Assembly: GCF_006345805.1 (NCBI RefSeq)
Contig: NC_043000.1
Span: forward strand, 124,868,001-124,932,000
From: Octopus sinensis
Lineage: Eukaryota
Length of the DNA stretch: 64,000 nt
Direction of reading: 5' to 3'
Part shown: positions 1-12,472 of the stretch, one piece after another
Layout: each line of letters starts with the position of its first letter
Position numbering within the stretch: the first letter of the stretch is position 1
Notes under the pieces: model-generated
Databases searched by the model: none
What the model saw: only the letters and a program-made list of their open reading frames with translations
Told to the model about the DNA's origin: nothing
Made by a program: the position numbers and the translations under genes

Positions 1-399
1 CAAACAAAATTGTTAGTGCTGCACAAAATATTTCATGTTATTCCATTACAACTCTTTAAGTTCTGAGTTCAAACTTGGAGGAGGTCAACCTTACCTTTTA
101 TCTTGCCGCAGTCAATAAAACAAGTACCAGACACGTACTGGAATCAATCATTATAAATCGATTCTTCAGTGCTAAAAAAAGATTTCTATCCTTGTGCTTA
201 TGTTAGAAAACTTTATTACTACAACAATGATGAACCACATATTTCTTGAAGCTATTATTCTGAAAAAGTCTGCAGAACATTATATGTCTACTCATTGTTG
301 CCATGTATTATTTAACCAGTAAATATTAATTCTTTTGATCAAAGTATTTTACGTCCATAAATTCCTCTATTATCATTGCCATCTATTACCAGCACCTTT

Positions 400-590
400 T
401 CATCCCAGACATTCTCCACACACATACATATATACATGAATACATGAATACACACATACGTATTTACATACATACATAGCTACATACATACATACATACA
501 TACATACATACATACATACATACATACATACATGCATGCATACATATTCATGCGTACATACACACACACATACATGCATGCATACATACA

Positions 591-624
<34 letters not shown>

Positions 625-1020
625 CAAACACACACACACACAAACATACATAAATTCAAACATACATACTGACACACACACACAAATATACATACATGCA
701 ATACTTACACACAAACACACAAACATACATACATACATACATACATACACACATGCACACACACATACATATATATAGGCACACACACAAACATACATAC
801 AAACATACATACATATATACATACACATACATACACACATACGGACACATGCATACATGCACACACACACATATAACCACACACATACATAAACACATAC
901 ATACATACATATACACACACATACCTGCATACATATATATAAATACTTATACACATACACACGCACACACGTACACACACTCACTCTCTCTCACTCTCAC
1001 ACACGCACACATACACACAT
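400..1020. repeat. Compound (TACA)n/(CA)n microsatellite
   Basis: Directly visible tetranucleotide and dinucleotide repeats; explains the ORFs at 400-1052. Confidence 0.97.
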
Positions 1021-1134
1021 ACAGTTTTGATTATCATGCCTCATATACTTAATTACTTGATAAACATTTCTCTTTGTTTTTCAAATTCACCTCATTAAAT
1101 GCTGCATATTATAAAGATTACTATCTTTTTCACT

Positions 1135-1575
1135 AGCCATCATCATTGTTGTTATCAGCACCACCGACACCACCCCATCTGCCACCATCACCATCATCAC
1201 TACTACCACTACCACCACTACCAAAATCACACCCACCACCACCACCACCACCACCACCACCACCACCACCACTACTACTGCCACCACCATCATTACTACC
1301 ACTACTGCCACCATCACCATCATCACTACTACAGCTACCACCACCAACATCACCACCAACATCACCACCACCACCATCATCACTACGACTACTGCACCAC
1401 CACCATCACCATCATCACTACTACTGCTACAACCACTACCAAAATCATACCCACCACCACCACTACCATTACTGCCATCATCACCATCATCACTACTACC
1501 GCTACCACCACTACCAAAATCATACCCACCACCACCACCACCACTAATACCACCACCATCATCACTACTATCACC
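1135..1575. repeat. (CAC/CAT/TAC)n trinucleotide array with an internal higher-order repeat
   Basis: Triplet repeats; the block ACCACTACCAAAATCA(C/T)ACCCACC occurs three times. Confidence 0.95.
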
Positions 1576-1676
1576 ACCTTGCTCAAGGACACAACACGCA
1601 GCCCAGTCCGGGATTCGAAATCACAACCTCGCAATCGTGAGCTCAATGCTCTGACCACTGAGCCATGCACCTTCAC
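1576..1676 (-). mobile_element. tRNA-derived SINE head (family E, CORE-like)
   Basis: Minus strand reads GGCTCAGTGGTCAGAGC (A box) ... TTTCGAATCCC (B box) ... TGTGTCCTTGAGCAA (CORE-like start). Confidence 0.75.
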
Positions 1677-1769
1677 TCACGTTTCTGTCAGCTCACTGCC
1701 TTCCATTTGGATCCCATTGCTACATATTTACCTAAAAGTTATCTTTAATACACATCATACATCCATACA

Positions 1770-1965
1770 CTGAAAGCACGTGGCCTTAGTGGTTAAGATG
1801 TGGCACATAATTGCAAACTCAAGGTTTCAATTCCTGGACCAGGTGATGCATTGTGTTCTTCAGCAAAACTCTTCATATCACATTGCTCCATTTCACTCAG
1901 CTGTAAATGTGTAACCCTATGATGGACTCCAGTCCTGTCTGGAAGGAATGTTGTGATCCCACTCT
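1770..1965 (+). mobile_element. Degenerate tRNA-derived SINE (family E)
   Basis: TGGCCTTAGTGGTTAAG A box, GGTTTCAATTCC B box, CACATTGCTCC...CACTCAGCTGTAAATG core, GATGGACT...CTGTC motif. Confidence 0.65.
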
Positions 1966-2036
1966 CTTAACCCTTTCATTACTATATTTATTTTGAGATG
2001 CTCTGTGTTTCTTTCAATTAAATTTTAAATATAACA

Positions 2037-2200
2037 TAGGCGCAGGAGTGGCTGTGTGGTAAGTAGCTTGTTTACCAACCACATTGTTCTGGGTTCAATC
2101 CCACAGCATAGCACCTTGGGCAAGTGTCTTCTGCTATAGCCTCTGGCTGACCAAAGCCTTGTGAGTGGATTTTGTAGACGGAAACTGAAAGAAGCCCATC
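2037..2200 (+). mobile_element. SINE family A, 5' half
   Basis: TAGGCGCAGGAGTGGCTGTGTGGTAAG head, GGGTTCAATCCC B box, CCTTGGGCAAGTGTCTT CORE-like motif, ends in (TA)n. Confidence 0.9.
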
Positions 2201-2220
2201 ATATATATATATATATATAC

Positions 2221-2632
2221 TCTTTACTCTCTTTTACTTGTTTCAGTCACTTGACTGCAGCCTTGCTGGAGCACCACCTTTAGTCAAGCAAATCGACCCC
2301 AGGACTTATTCTTTGTAAGCCTAGTACTTATTCTTTCAGTCTCTTTTGCTGAACCACTAAGTTACAGGGATGTAAACACACCAGCATCGGTTGTCAAGCA
2401 ATGTTGGGGGGACAAACACAGACACACAAACATATACACACACATACATATATATTATATATATATATATACGACAGGCTTCTTTCAGTTTCCATCTACC
2501 AAATCCACTCACAAGGCTTTGGTCAGCCCGAGGCTATAGTAGAAGACACTTGCCCAAGGTGTCATGCAGTGGGGCTGAACCCGGGGCCATGTGGTTGGTA
2601 AGCCAGCTACTTACCACACAGACACTTCTACA
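2221..2632 (-). mobile_element. SINE family A, full length
   Basis: Head, internal (CA/TA)n linker and 3' half ending in a (TAAAAGAG)-type tail; homologous to about 20 other copies in the window. Confidence 0.92.
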
Positions 2633-3298
2633 TGAGTACCAAATACAGTAATGATAAGTTGTAAGGATCAACAACTTTCATACTCCAACCAAATCCACCT
2701 TGTCTATCTTTGTTGTATCCACCTCAGGAGCCTAGTGTTATAGAGGAACAAATATAGCTGAGAAGAAGGGCAACATGAGCAGATTACCACATTGTACTCT
2801 GTATAATAAACGACTGGCTGCTAGTGTAGACATTATGTTTTGCCATTCAGGCAGTTGCCAAATATCTCTGGAATAATGGGAATGTGGATTACCTTTAATT
2901 GGTTGCTTGACACCTGTGGTTTTTCAATGTTGTAGCCCAAAGTCCTGTTTTACTGAATGATATTTTACAGACATACGGTTGCAAAGTGAGTTTCTTCTTA
3001 ACTACGTAGCCATGCCTCGATCAAGATTTCTTCACATGTTTTGCAGCAAAGAACCCTACCAAAACCCCACCAATATCTCAGTTTTTTATTCTTTTTTACT
3101 TGTTACGCTGGAGCACTGCCTTTAGTCGTGCACATTCCCCCCCCCCGGACTTATTCTTTGTAAGCCTAGTACTTAGTCTATTGGTCTTTTTTGCCAAACC
3201 GCTAAGTTATGGGTACGTGTACACAACAGCACATGAATATCCAAAAATAGCTTCATGCTATATAAGATAGAAAAAGAAAATATGAAGAATAAACAACA

Positions 3299-3700
3299 TA
3301 GGTACAGGGGTGGCTGTGTGGTAAGTTGCTTGCTTACCAGCCACATGGTTCTGGGTTCAGGCCCACTGCATAACACTTTGGGCAAGTGTCTTCTACTATA
3401 GCCTCAGGCCGACCTAAGCCTTGTGAGTAGATTTGGTAGATGGAAGCTGAAAGAAAACCATTATATATGTGTATGTGTGTGTGTGTGTCTGTGTCCCCCC
3501 AGCATCACTTGACAACTGATGCTGGTGTGTTTACATCCCTTAACTTAGCGGTTTGGCAAAAGAGACCGATAGAATAAATACTAGGCTTACAAAGAATAAG
3601 TCCTGGGGTCGATTTACTCGACTAAAGGCGGTGCTCCAGCATGGCTGCAGTCAAATGACTGAAACAAGTAAAAGTGTAAAAGAGTAATAGAGAGTATCTG
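3299..3700 (+). mobile_element. SINE family A, full length
   Basis: Same bipartite structure as 2221-2632, opposite strand. Confidence 0.92.
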
Positions 3701-4619
3701 TCACAAAAATAGCTGGAGTCAATGTATTTGACTATAGTCTAGGAGGCAGTGCTCCAGCATGACAACACCTCAGTTGAAACCAGATGCCTCTACTTGTCCA
3801 TGCAAATGGCTAGAAACAAAAGCTACATCTTCCTTAAATCTTACCCTGCTTTCTTAAAAAATAGAAGGACATGCTGGATAATGTAGTCCAAGATATACTT
3901 AAACAATACAAGATGGCCATGGCTGAAATTTTTTTGGTCATAAATCTGCTTATCAGAACTAAGATAAAACCAAACAGCAACAATAACAACAATTAATATT
4001 ATATAGCTTTTATATATTACATAACCTTTTATATGTAACTTAGCTTTTATCTTTTACTTGCTTCAGTAATTAGTGAGAACTCAGATAATGAAATTACAAT
4101 GGACATTGGTGCATCTTTAGTTAATGTTTTCTGTTCTCTGATAATGCAATATCTGATTCATATCCTAATCTTGACAAAAATGTTTTGGAAAAGTGTGTTA
4201 AAAATATAAGTATTATACTTGGTTAAAATATTAGATTTCTATGAAAAATCATGACTACCACTCCTCTAAAATACCCAGTACCAATTCCTTTGGCTCAAGA
4301 GCCTTCTTGATATTTGTGAATCCCTTGTGAGCTGGCAATGGCCTGAAGAAAGTTCACTATTTGGGTTAAGAACCACTGATATAAACCTTGCCTCGTAAGT
4401 TTGCTTTATCAGGGTTGAGATGGGACTGATTTGAACTCAGGTACCTGGGTACATGGTCAGACATCACAAGCAAACCACCATAGTTTCACAAAACAATAGT
4501 GTGGACAGGTTTTCTTGAACATTCTAGAATTTGACTTGCGGTCTCCTATAAAAACTACTTGGCATGAGCCAAGAAGGTGGCTACAACAGATGGGCACAGA
4601 TAGATGACAGGAACCTTCA

Positions 4620-4790
4620 TCCTCATCCTCATCATCATCATCACTGTCATCATTTAACGTCCATTTTCAATGCTGGCATGGGTTGGACGGTTTGACTGAA
4701 AACTAGTAAGCTGGGAAACTGCACCAGATTCCACTCTGATTTGGCATGGTTTCTATTGCTGGATGCCCTTCCTAATGCCACAGGCACAGA
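4620..4790 (-). mobile_element. Family C (RTE-type 3' tail element ending in (GAT)n)
   Basis: (CAT)n followed by TTTAACGTCCATTTT..ATGCTGGCATGGGTTGGACGG and CTGGATGCCCTTCCTAATGCC. Confidence 0.85.
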
Positions 4791-5000
4791 TGCTAGTTAC
4801 ATAATGCTGGAATTGATAATGATTCTGATCTCACTTGGCTTGACCACGAATATAGCACAACCATTTTCAGTTATGTTGAGTAAGCTACATATTGCCATAT
4901 CAACAGCTTAGCCTAAACTCCAAGCAGTATCTCTCCCAGTATGTAATTATTGCTGTTGTTATTTGTAAAAGGCCAACGCAGTTTATCTTTATGTGTGATA

Positions 5001-5212
5001 ACTCTCTTTTACTCTTTTATTTGTTTCAGTCATTTGACTGTGGCCATGCTGGAGCACTGCCTTTAGTTGAGCAAATCGACCCCAGGACTTATTCTTTGTA
5101 AGCCTAGTACTTATTCTATCGGTCTCTTTTGCCGAACCGCTAAGTTTCGAGGATATAAACACACCAGCATCGGTTGTCAAGCGATGTTGGGGGGACAAAC
5201 ACAGGCACACAA

Positions 5213-5249
<37 letters not shown>

Positions 5250-5405
5250 CATATATATGACAGGCTTCTTTCAGTTTCTGTCTACCAAATCCACTCACAA
5301 GGTTTTGGTCAGCCCGAGGCTATAGCAGAAGACACTTGCCCAAGGTTCCACACAGTGGGACTGAACCCACTGCAAGCTTCTTACCACACAGTCTCTCCTG
5401 CACCT
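5001..5405 (-). mobile_element. SINE family A, full length
   Basis: Homology to the other A copies. Confidence 0.9.
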
Positions 5406-5603
5406 AAAGATAATAAAATCTTCTGTAAAATGTTCACAGATGTTGCTCAGTTACTTCTACATGCAGCCCAAGAAGCATATTTTCATTCATCACTCCAACC
5501 GGCCATCACCAAAGACCAGACCAACAACCTCTCAAGCCACAACAGGGCAAAACAACGAAACAATGACAACAAAACAACAACAACTGCAATGACAACAAGA
5601 GAG

Positions 5604-5805
5604 TGGAGGCGCAATGGCCCAGTGGGTAGGGCAGTGGACTCACGGTTGTAAGAACATGGTTTCGATTCCCAGACCGGGCATCGTGAGTGTTTATTGAGCA
5701 AAAACACCTGAGCCCAACGAGGCTCCGGTGGGGTGGGTGGGCGTGTGAATCCCGCTGCACTCTTTCATCACAACTTTCTCTCACTCTTTCTGCCTACTTC
5801 TTCCA
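5604..5805 (+). mobile_element. SINE family D, 5' part (tRNA-derived)
   Basis: TGGAGGCGCAATGGCCCAGTGG A box, GGTTTCGATTCCC B box; homologous to 35240 and 44721. Confidence 0.88.
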
Positions 5806-6087
5806 CGAAGCAGAGGAACCATGGTGTAACCCACTATGGTATAGTAAACTTTCAGACCCTAGTCTAGATTGCGAATCCTCTGTACCCCAGGATGGTTCAG
5901 CTCTCCATCTGTTAAAAAGCCAACGTTTACAGAATAAGGATAACAACGTAGCTTTTGCACCAGTGCAACCACCAGTCTATCGCGTGTGGTGGTTGGATCT
6001 TCAAGTTGCCACACGCATTCTTAGTAGCTTAGAGTAGGCTTGAATTAGAGATAATTCTTTGTGGCTAATGGCGTGTGTCCTGATTGG
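5806..6087 (+). mobile_element. Probable LINE 3' end (I/Ingi-like?) running into a (GAA)n tail
   Basis: Reads ...PSLDCESSVPQDGSALHLLKSQRLQ, resembling a degenerate C-terminal zinc-knuckle region; followed directly by (GAA)n; clade assignment is inference. Confidence 0.4.
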
Positions 6088-6242
6088 AAGAAGAAGAAGA
6101 AAAAGAAGAAGAAGAAGAAGAAGAAGAAGAAGAAGAAGAAGAAGAGAAGAAGAAGAAGAAGGAGGAGAAGAAGAAGAAGAAGAAGAAGAAGAAGGAGAAG
6201 AAGAAGAAGAAGAAGAAGAAGAAGAAGAAGAAGAAGAAGAAG

Positions 6243-6273
<31 letters not shown>

Positions 6274-6385
6274 GAAACAACAACAGCAAACACAATAACA
6301 GCAGCAACAAGAACAATGAGAAAAGCAATGACATCAGGAACAACAACAAGAACAACAACAGCAGCAGCAGCAGCAGCAGGCTTTT
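6088..6385. repeat. (GAA)n > (CAA)n > (CAG)n compound triplet array
   Basis: Directly visible. Confidence 0.97.
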
Positions 6386-6559
6386 CCTTTAGAGAAACTT
6401 CATTGTTTGGTTCCTAATTCTGCCAGATTTTGTTTTTCAGGAATTAATCGTTGGTTATGACAAACAAGTTAATTACTTGGCTTAAAATAAATATTTTACA
6501 GTGTTTTAAAAATTAAAATGTGATCATTGCTAAAGTTGGGTAAATTACTTTAGGAGAGC

Positions 6560-6869
6560 AAAAGGGAGAGAAGGAGAGAGAGAGAGTGAGAGAGACAGAA
6601 AGTGAGAGAGAGAGAAAATGAGAGAGAGAGCAAGTGAGAGAGAGAAAGAGAGGTAGATTGAGAGAGAAGAGAATGAAAGTGCCAGAGCAAGAGAGAGGTA
6701 AGGAGAGACATAGAGAGTGAGAGAAAGAGAGAGTGACAGAAAGAGAGTAAGAGAGAGAGAAAGTGAAAGAGAGGAGAGTAAGAGAGGGAGTGAGAGATAG
6801 GCAGAGAGAGAGAAAGAGAGGGAATGTTGTAGCATATGTAATCATTGTTTACATGAGAATGTGTGTGTA

Positions 6870-6900
<31 letters not shown>

Positions 6901-6960
6901 ATGTATGTATGTGTGTGTATGTGTGTGTATGTGTGTGTGTGTGTGAGAGAGCGAGAGAGG
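6560..6960. repeat. (GA)n and (TG)n/(TATG)n microsatellites
   Basis: Directly visible. Confidence 0.95.
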
Positions 6961-7699
6961 GGGCAGAGAGCAAGATGTTGGAGGATATGTAAACAGTTGT
7001 GTGTATAAGAGAAGAAAAGAAAGAATGAGGGAGTATATAAAAAAGGCAAAAAGTGAAAATAAAGCGCAGGGTTAGAGACAAGCTGATAGAAAGGTGATAA
7101 AGTGATAAAGATAAGTCTGTTGCCAAAAGAGAAGAGCATTAAAGATATTTTCAAATGATAATCTTTATTGTTTTACATAGAATTGTAAAATGTGATGAAG
7201 CATCCAGTATAGATTCTTGCCGAAAGAAAATGTCAGATTTGCTTCTCTGGTTATAAAACCATATTGTAATGCTTGTATGGGAATGATAGGTTTGTAAATT
7301 TAGGCATTAGTCTATCCTTTTCATAAAAGGTGGAAAGGTAGTAGAATCATGGAGGAGGAATTTCAACCATGTTTCGTGGTCTGCTACCTTCCTCAACAGC
7401 TCCTTTATAGGATTCAGTTAGCTCAAGACATCATCAGGAAAAACCACGTCCAGTTTCGGCCCCTACTCCTCTACTGTATTGATGTGGCGGGGTGCCCCGC
7501 TTTTGGAGGTGTCTTCAGCTCTGGTGTTGAGTGCATGTCTTCTTTCTCTTTCTTTCTTCTGTTCCCTGGCCTCTTTGATGTAACATCAACGAGTGTCTTG
7601 TCAAATTCTTTCCTTAAATACCTGCTGCTAGGCTCCAGCAGACAGCCCCAGCAAGTTGTCACGTGACACTGTCTCAACTTTAACTGACCAACGAAGGCA

Positions 7700-8760
7700 C
7701 GTAGTCTCAGCCCATGCATTCTCTAAATGAGAGCGTCACCTGTCAATCAGCGAAGCTAATTCAGTGTCAGCTTGTCTCACCTAGTGATGTTATTTTCTGC
7801 CATTATTGGTCTTCCCACTTCAGCCATGTTGAAAAAACTCCTTAGCATTATTTCTTCCAGCCCTTATCCTATGAAGACATATCCTATTTACTACAACCTG
7901 GGTCATCATTTCTTTATTAGATAGTTTGTCTGTCCATACTATTCTCAATATTCTTCCCAAGAATAAGGTGGCGAACCAGCAGAAACATTAGCATGCTGGA
8001 CGATATGCTTAGTGGTATTTCATCTGTCTTTATGCTCTGAGTTTAAATTCTGCTGTGGTCGATTTTGCTTTTCATCCTTTTGGGGGTTGATGAATTAAAT
8101 ACCAGTTGCATACTAGGGTTGATCTAATCAACTGGCTCCCTCCCCAAAAGTTTTGGGCCTTGTGCCTAGAATAGAAAAAAAAAGAATATTTTCCCTAAGA
8201 ATCACATTTCACAGCACCTTCTGATTTTTGGTGTCATAGACCATGCTTCACCTCTGTATATTAACACAGGGTAGACACAGCAGTTCAATATACAGATCTT
8301 GGTCTTGATGCCCAGAGTATGGTTTCTCAAGATGTTTTACAATTTTGAGAATGCAGATTTTGCCAGCACTATTTGTCTTGGGAAAGAATACTGCATTTAA
8401 TTTGCCTTTTCACAATGCATCTGCATTAATTATGATAATCATGCAGCTACTTTAATTTAATACTGCTTCCGTTGCACATAACAGATCTTTATTCAGTCCG
8501 GTGGCAAATTGCAGCATCAGTGAATTATTTCAATTACTGTTTCCCTATATCAATGTTGACAGATTTTGTCTTAGCATGTGGCTGCCAATAAATACATACT
8601 TCTATGCTTCTGACAAATCCCAATGAGGCAGAAATGCACATCTAACATTCTCACTGCTACAGCTGGATAATAATCATCTGCTACTAATACATTTCTGCTT
8701 ATAAATACAATCAGTCCATAAGATATATTATCTCCAGATGAACACTTCTGCTAATTTGCT
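7700..8760 (-). pseudogene. Decayed RTE-clade LINE, RT C-terminal region, interrupted by a family B SINE
   Basis: Minus-strand translation LAKSAFSKL*NILRNHTLGIKTKICILNCCVYPVLIYRGEAWSM...RILRIVWTDKLSNKEM matches the RTE post-RT motifs; many stops. Confidence 0.72.
7965..8184 (+). mobile_element. SINE family B, full length, with TSD
   Basis: GGTGGCGAACCAGCAGAAAC head, GACTTTGCTTTTCATCCTTTT central motif, GGCCTTGTGCCTAG tail; about 18-bp TSD AATATT(C/T)TTCCC(T)AAGAAT at 7947-7964 and 8185-8202. Confidence 0.88.
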
Positions 8761-8773
8761 TTTATACAATGTA

Positions 8774-9339
8774 TTGGGTTGTCCGGAAAGTTTGTGCCGG
8801 TTTATAGTAGCTTACCTTCTGACTTATTTTAGAACATGGTTGAGTCCATAAAATAGGATTTGACTACACCTCCATTTGGAGCACATTTTAAGCTATCTTT
8901 TCAGGGAAGAAAGTTTATGTTCCTATAACCTGTGTTAATTCTGTAACCCTTTAAAATGGAAGATAAGAAAGTTCATTTTTGGCACTTGATGCTTTGGGAA
9001 CCAGACAAAAATTGCTTCAGCTCGGCTGGGATGTATTACCCCACAATCCATATTCATCAGATATTGCTCCTTCAGATTTCCACTTATTCAGGTCTCTGCA
9101 GAATAGTCTTAATGATAAAAATTTCAATTCCTTGGATGATGTAAAGAGATACCTTGATGAATTCTTTGCCATGAAACCACCTCAATTCTGGGAAGAGGGT
9201 ATTTTCATGTTAAAGGAAAGATGGAGACGCATTGTGCAACAAAATGGTTCATATTTGGTTGATTAAAAATGTAATGGCAAGTATTTATTGACCTTTTTCT
9301 TTCCTTTAAAAATCAGCATGAACTTTCCAGACAACTCAA
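8774..9339 (+). mobile_element. Internally deleted mariner element (566 bp)
   Basis: TIRs TTGGGTTGTCCGGAAAGTT / AACTTTCCAGACAACTCAA, TA on both sides; N-terminus MEDKKVHFWHLMLWE joined out of frame to GWDVLPHNPYSSDIAPSDFHLF (YSPDLAPSD motif). Confidence 0.93.
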
Positions 9340-9630
9340 TATTTACATCAAATATTATGCTCAAAATTTACACAAAAGTGTGTAATACATTAAAAGTGTA
9401 TAACACATCAAGTGTTATACACAAAAAATATTTTCCAAGCACTCACTTAGGTTATTCTTCTCTATGGGTGCAAATCCTAACCAGTGAGGGTCAAAGATCT
9501 CCAAGAACTTGAAATCTTTGACCACTACTGCTTATGTCAAATTCTGCATGTTCATCTATTGGACTTCATTTTGAACCCCGAAATTTGATAATCCTGTTGC
9601 ATAAACTCCCTGAAACAAGCTCTACTCACA

Positions 9631-9954
9631 AGACTTCTAAGATGGTTTGGCCATACTCTCTGTCAGCCTCCAAGGGAATTCATTCACATGGCAGTCAACC
9701 TGGCTCCTCTCCTTGGTTGGCACAAACAAACTGGAAGACAACTGAAGATTTGACTGACAATGATAAAGGTAGACATAGAAGCACAGGTGAGCCCCTGCAT
9801 CTATGGTCTTCAGCAGTGGAACTGAGAGTGGGTATTCCCTAAAGCCTCAATTGTGGCTGACTGCTGGATGTTGCCAGCATTTGTGAGGGACATGGTGAAC
9901 TCGTTGGTGAGAACTGTCTCAGCCCATCTCAGATAAATGCCATCACAAGTACAA
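9631..9954 (+). pseudogene. RTE LINE 3' remnant
   Basis: RLLRWFGHTLCQPPREFIHMAV...GWHKQTG...FVRDMVN...MPSQVQ; CAAGTACAA tail. Confidence 0.75.
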
Positions 9955-10944
9955 ATAAGAAATTATATCAGTAGTGACAGATCTTAACATTCATTTAGCA
10001 GTGGGTACATGCTCCTATGCTACTGACAAAGCTCAACAAGGCAGAAACATGCATCTGGCATTCTCACAGCCACTGCTAGATAATTTTCATCAATCACTAT
10101 ACATTTGTGTTTTTAAACACAGTACATCCATAGGAGATGTCATTTCTGGAAAAATACTGCAGTCAATTTGCTTTTCACGTTGTATTTGCATTATGTATGA
10201 TACACAGATGGCTTTTATATTATTTATTCTTTTTTTCCTATTGGCTTTTATGTTGAGGAAGGTGCTGTACCCGTGGCATTTACAGACCTGTCGAGTCTAG
10301 TATGACTGAAGTTATTTAGTGTTGTGCTTAATGATCTATTAATGTTCCATGGTTAGTAAGTTAGTAGCAGCAGGAAAGATTTCCAGAAGACTGACATACT
10401 GGGAACAAATGACTGAGTGTAGGAGAGGCGTGGGGTAGTGTGAGGCTGGAAACCATGTAAGGGCAAGAAATGAAGAAATGCCTGTGTTGACAGTGCTGGA
10501 AGGAGAGACGGCACATGATTAGCAGAGACAAAAAGGCCATTGTAGCAGTGGTAGAAAAGACAGAGAAAGTGGGGAGAGAGGAGAGAGGGAGAGAGAGAAA
10601 GTGAGAGGGAGAGAGAGAGAGGGAGAGAAAGAGAAGACAGCTTATTACTGGGTAAGAGATTAAAGTGTATTTGTCAGTGACTTCTTTTCAATTGGTTGAA
10701 ATATCTTCAGCTGTGTCTCTATGTGTGTAACAGCACCACCATCCCACTGAGGAAGATCTGAAGATTTGAACTCATAACCTTATAGTTCATAGTCCACTGA
10801 TTTCTGATTATTTATCTAACCAAGATGACTTAATGTAAAAGCATTATGACCTTTCTTTTTTAATCTAGACAGATGTGATGTGAGAGTTTTGGCTGCTATT
10901 TCTAGCACGTCATGCAACCCTACAGAGGAATCCTTGCTGGATCA

Positions 10945-11275
10945 AGTAGTAGTGGTGGTGATGAAAGCCGTGATGACAATGATGATGATGGTAGCAAAGA
11001 TGATGACAACAACATCGACGATGACAACGACAATGACGATAATGATGACAGCAATGATGATGATACTGACAAAGATGATAATGGTGGTGGTGATGATGAC
11101 GATGATGATGGTGGAGGTGGTGATGATGATGATAGGGGTGATGATGATGATGATGATAGCCACAGTAATGATGATGATGATGATGGTGGTGGTGGTGTTC
11201 ACAACAATAGTTGTGGTTATGATGATGATGATGATGATGATGAGGAAGATGATGATGATGATGATGATGATAGCT
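10945..11275. repeat. (GAT/GAC/GGT)n array
   Basis: Directly visible. Confidence 0.95.
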
Positions 11276-12245
11276 GCAGCAGGATGATTGCTATTTCTGG
11301 TCTAGGGCATTATGGTACACTTCATAGATGAAGGCTGTAATAAAAACGAACACCTTCCCACTTAACACTTTGAATGCTTTTACCAAATAAAATACGATTC
11401 TAGGCAACTGTCTCTCATTACTGAAATTTATTTAGTTACAATTTAGAAACAATTACCTCCATAAGTTTGACAAGAAAGTGCCCCGGGTCATGTCTTGAAG
11501 TAGTGAAATGCAACAACAACAACAACAACAATGGAAGAATCTCTTTGGCCACATCATTCTGACAGCACTTCATTAGCTGCAAGCATAGACACCAACGAAA
11601 ACTATGTTCTTAAAATTTTCTTACTGAGTTCCCAGACCTACAGAATGAAAATGATTCACTCAACTTTACTAACTTCATCTCACCATCAATCTTTAGCCAT
11701 ATTGTAAATTATGTTGACTACAATTCTGTAATAGTTACCCTTCATGGTGTCAGGAAGGGTCATCCAGTTGTAGAAACCATGCCACAACAGACGACTGGAG
11801 TCTGGCCAGCTCCTGTCAAACCGTCTAACCCATGCCACATGGAAAACATACGTTAAAGGATGATGATGATGATGATGATGATGGTAGTAGTGGTGGTGGT
11901 GGGGGTGATGATGATGATGGTAGTAGTGATGATGATGATGGCAATGATGACGACGATGACGATGATGATGATTATCTTCTCAGCACATCCTCATTAAGCA
12001 GCAGGATTCAGTATTTTGTAGATTCCTACTGCAGTCTTGAAACAACTACAGAGTGGACACATTGAATCTTATGTCACAATTCTAAGTAGCCTCACAAAAA
12101 CTTTGTGAATCTCACACTGTATCTACTGATGTATATTATTAATGCCCCTCAATTTCACCTGTTTTGCCTGAAGTTCCACTCTCTGCTGAAACTGGTGTCT
12201 CCAGGACTTTGATCCCAGGTCTCCTTTCTCAGTGTAATAAACCCA

Positions 12246-12472
12246 TTTCTTTACTACCCACAAGGGGCTAAACACAGAGAGGACAAACAAGTTCAGACAA
12301 ACGGATTAAGTTGATTACATAGACCCCAGTGTGTAATTGGTACTTATTTAATTGACCCCAAAAGGATGAAAGGCAAAGTCGACCTCGGCGGAATTTGAAC
12401 TCAGAACCTAGCGGCAGACGAAATATTGCTAAGCATTTCGTCCAGCGTGCTAACGTTTCTGTCAGCTTGCCA
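12246..12472 (-). mobile_element. SINE family B (tail variant ii)
   Basis: Reverse complement of the 26873-27099 type. Confidence 0.88.

Noticed and set aside
5604-5680. tRNA-like sequences at the heads of families A, B, D and E
   Set aside because: A/B boxes are present, but the cloverleafs are degenerate and continue into SINE bodies; not tRNA genes
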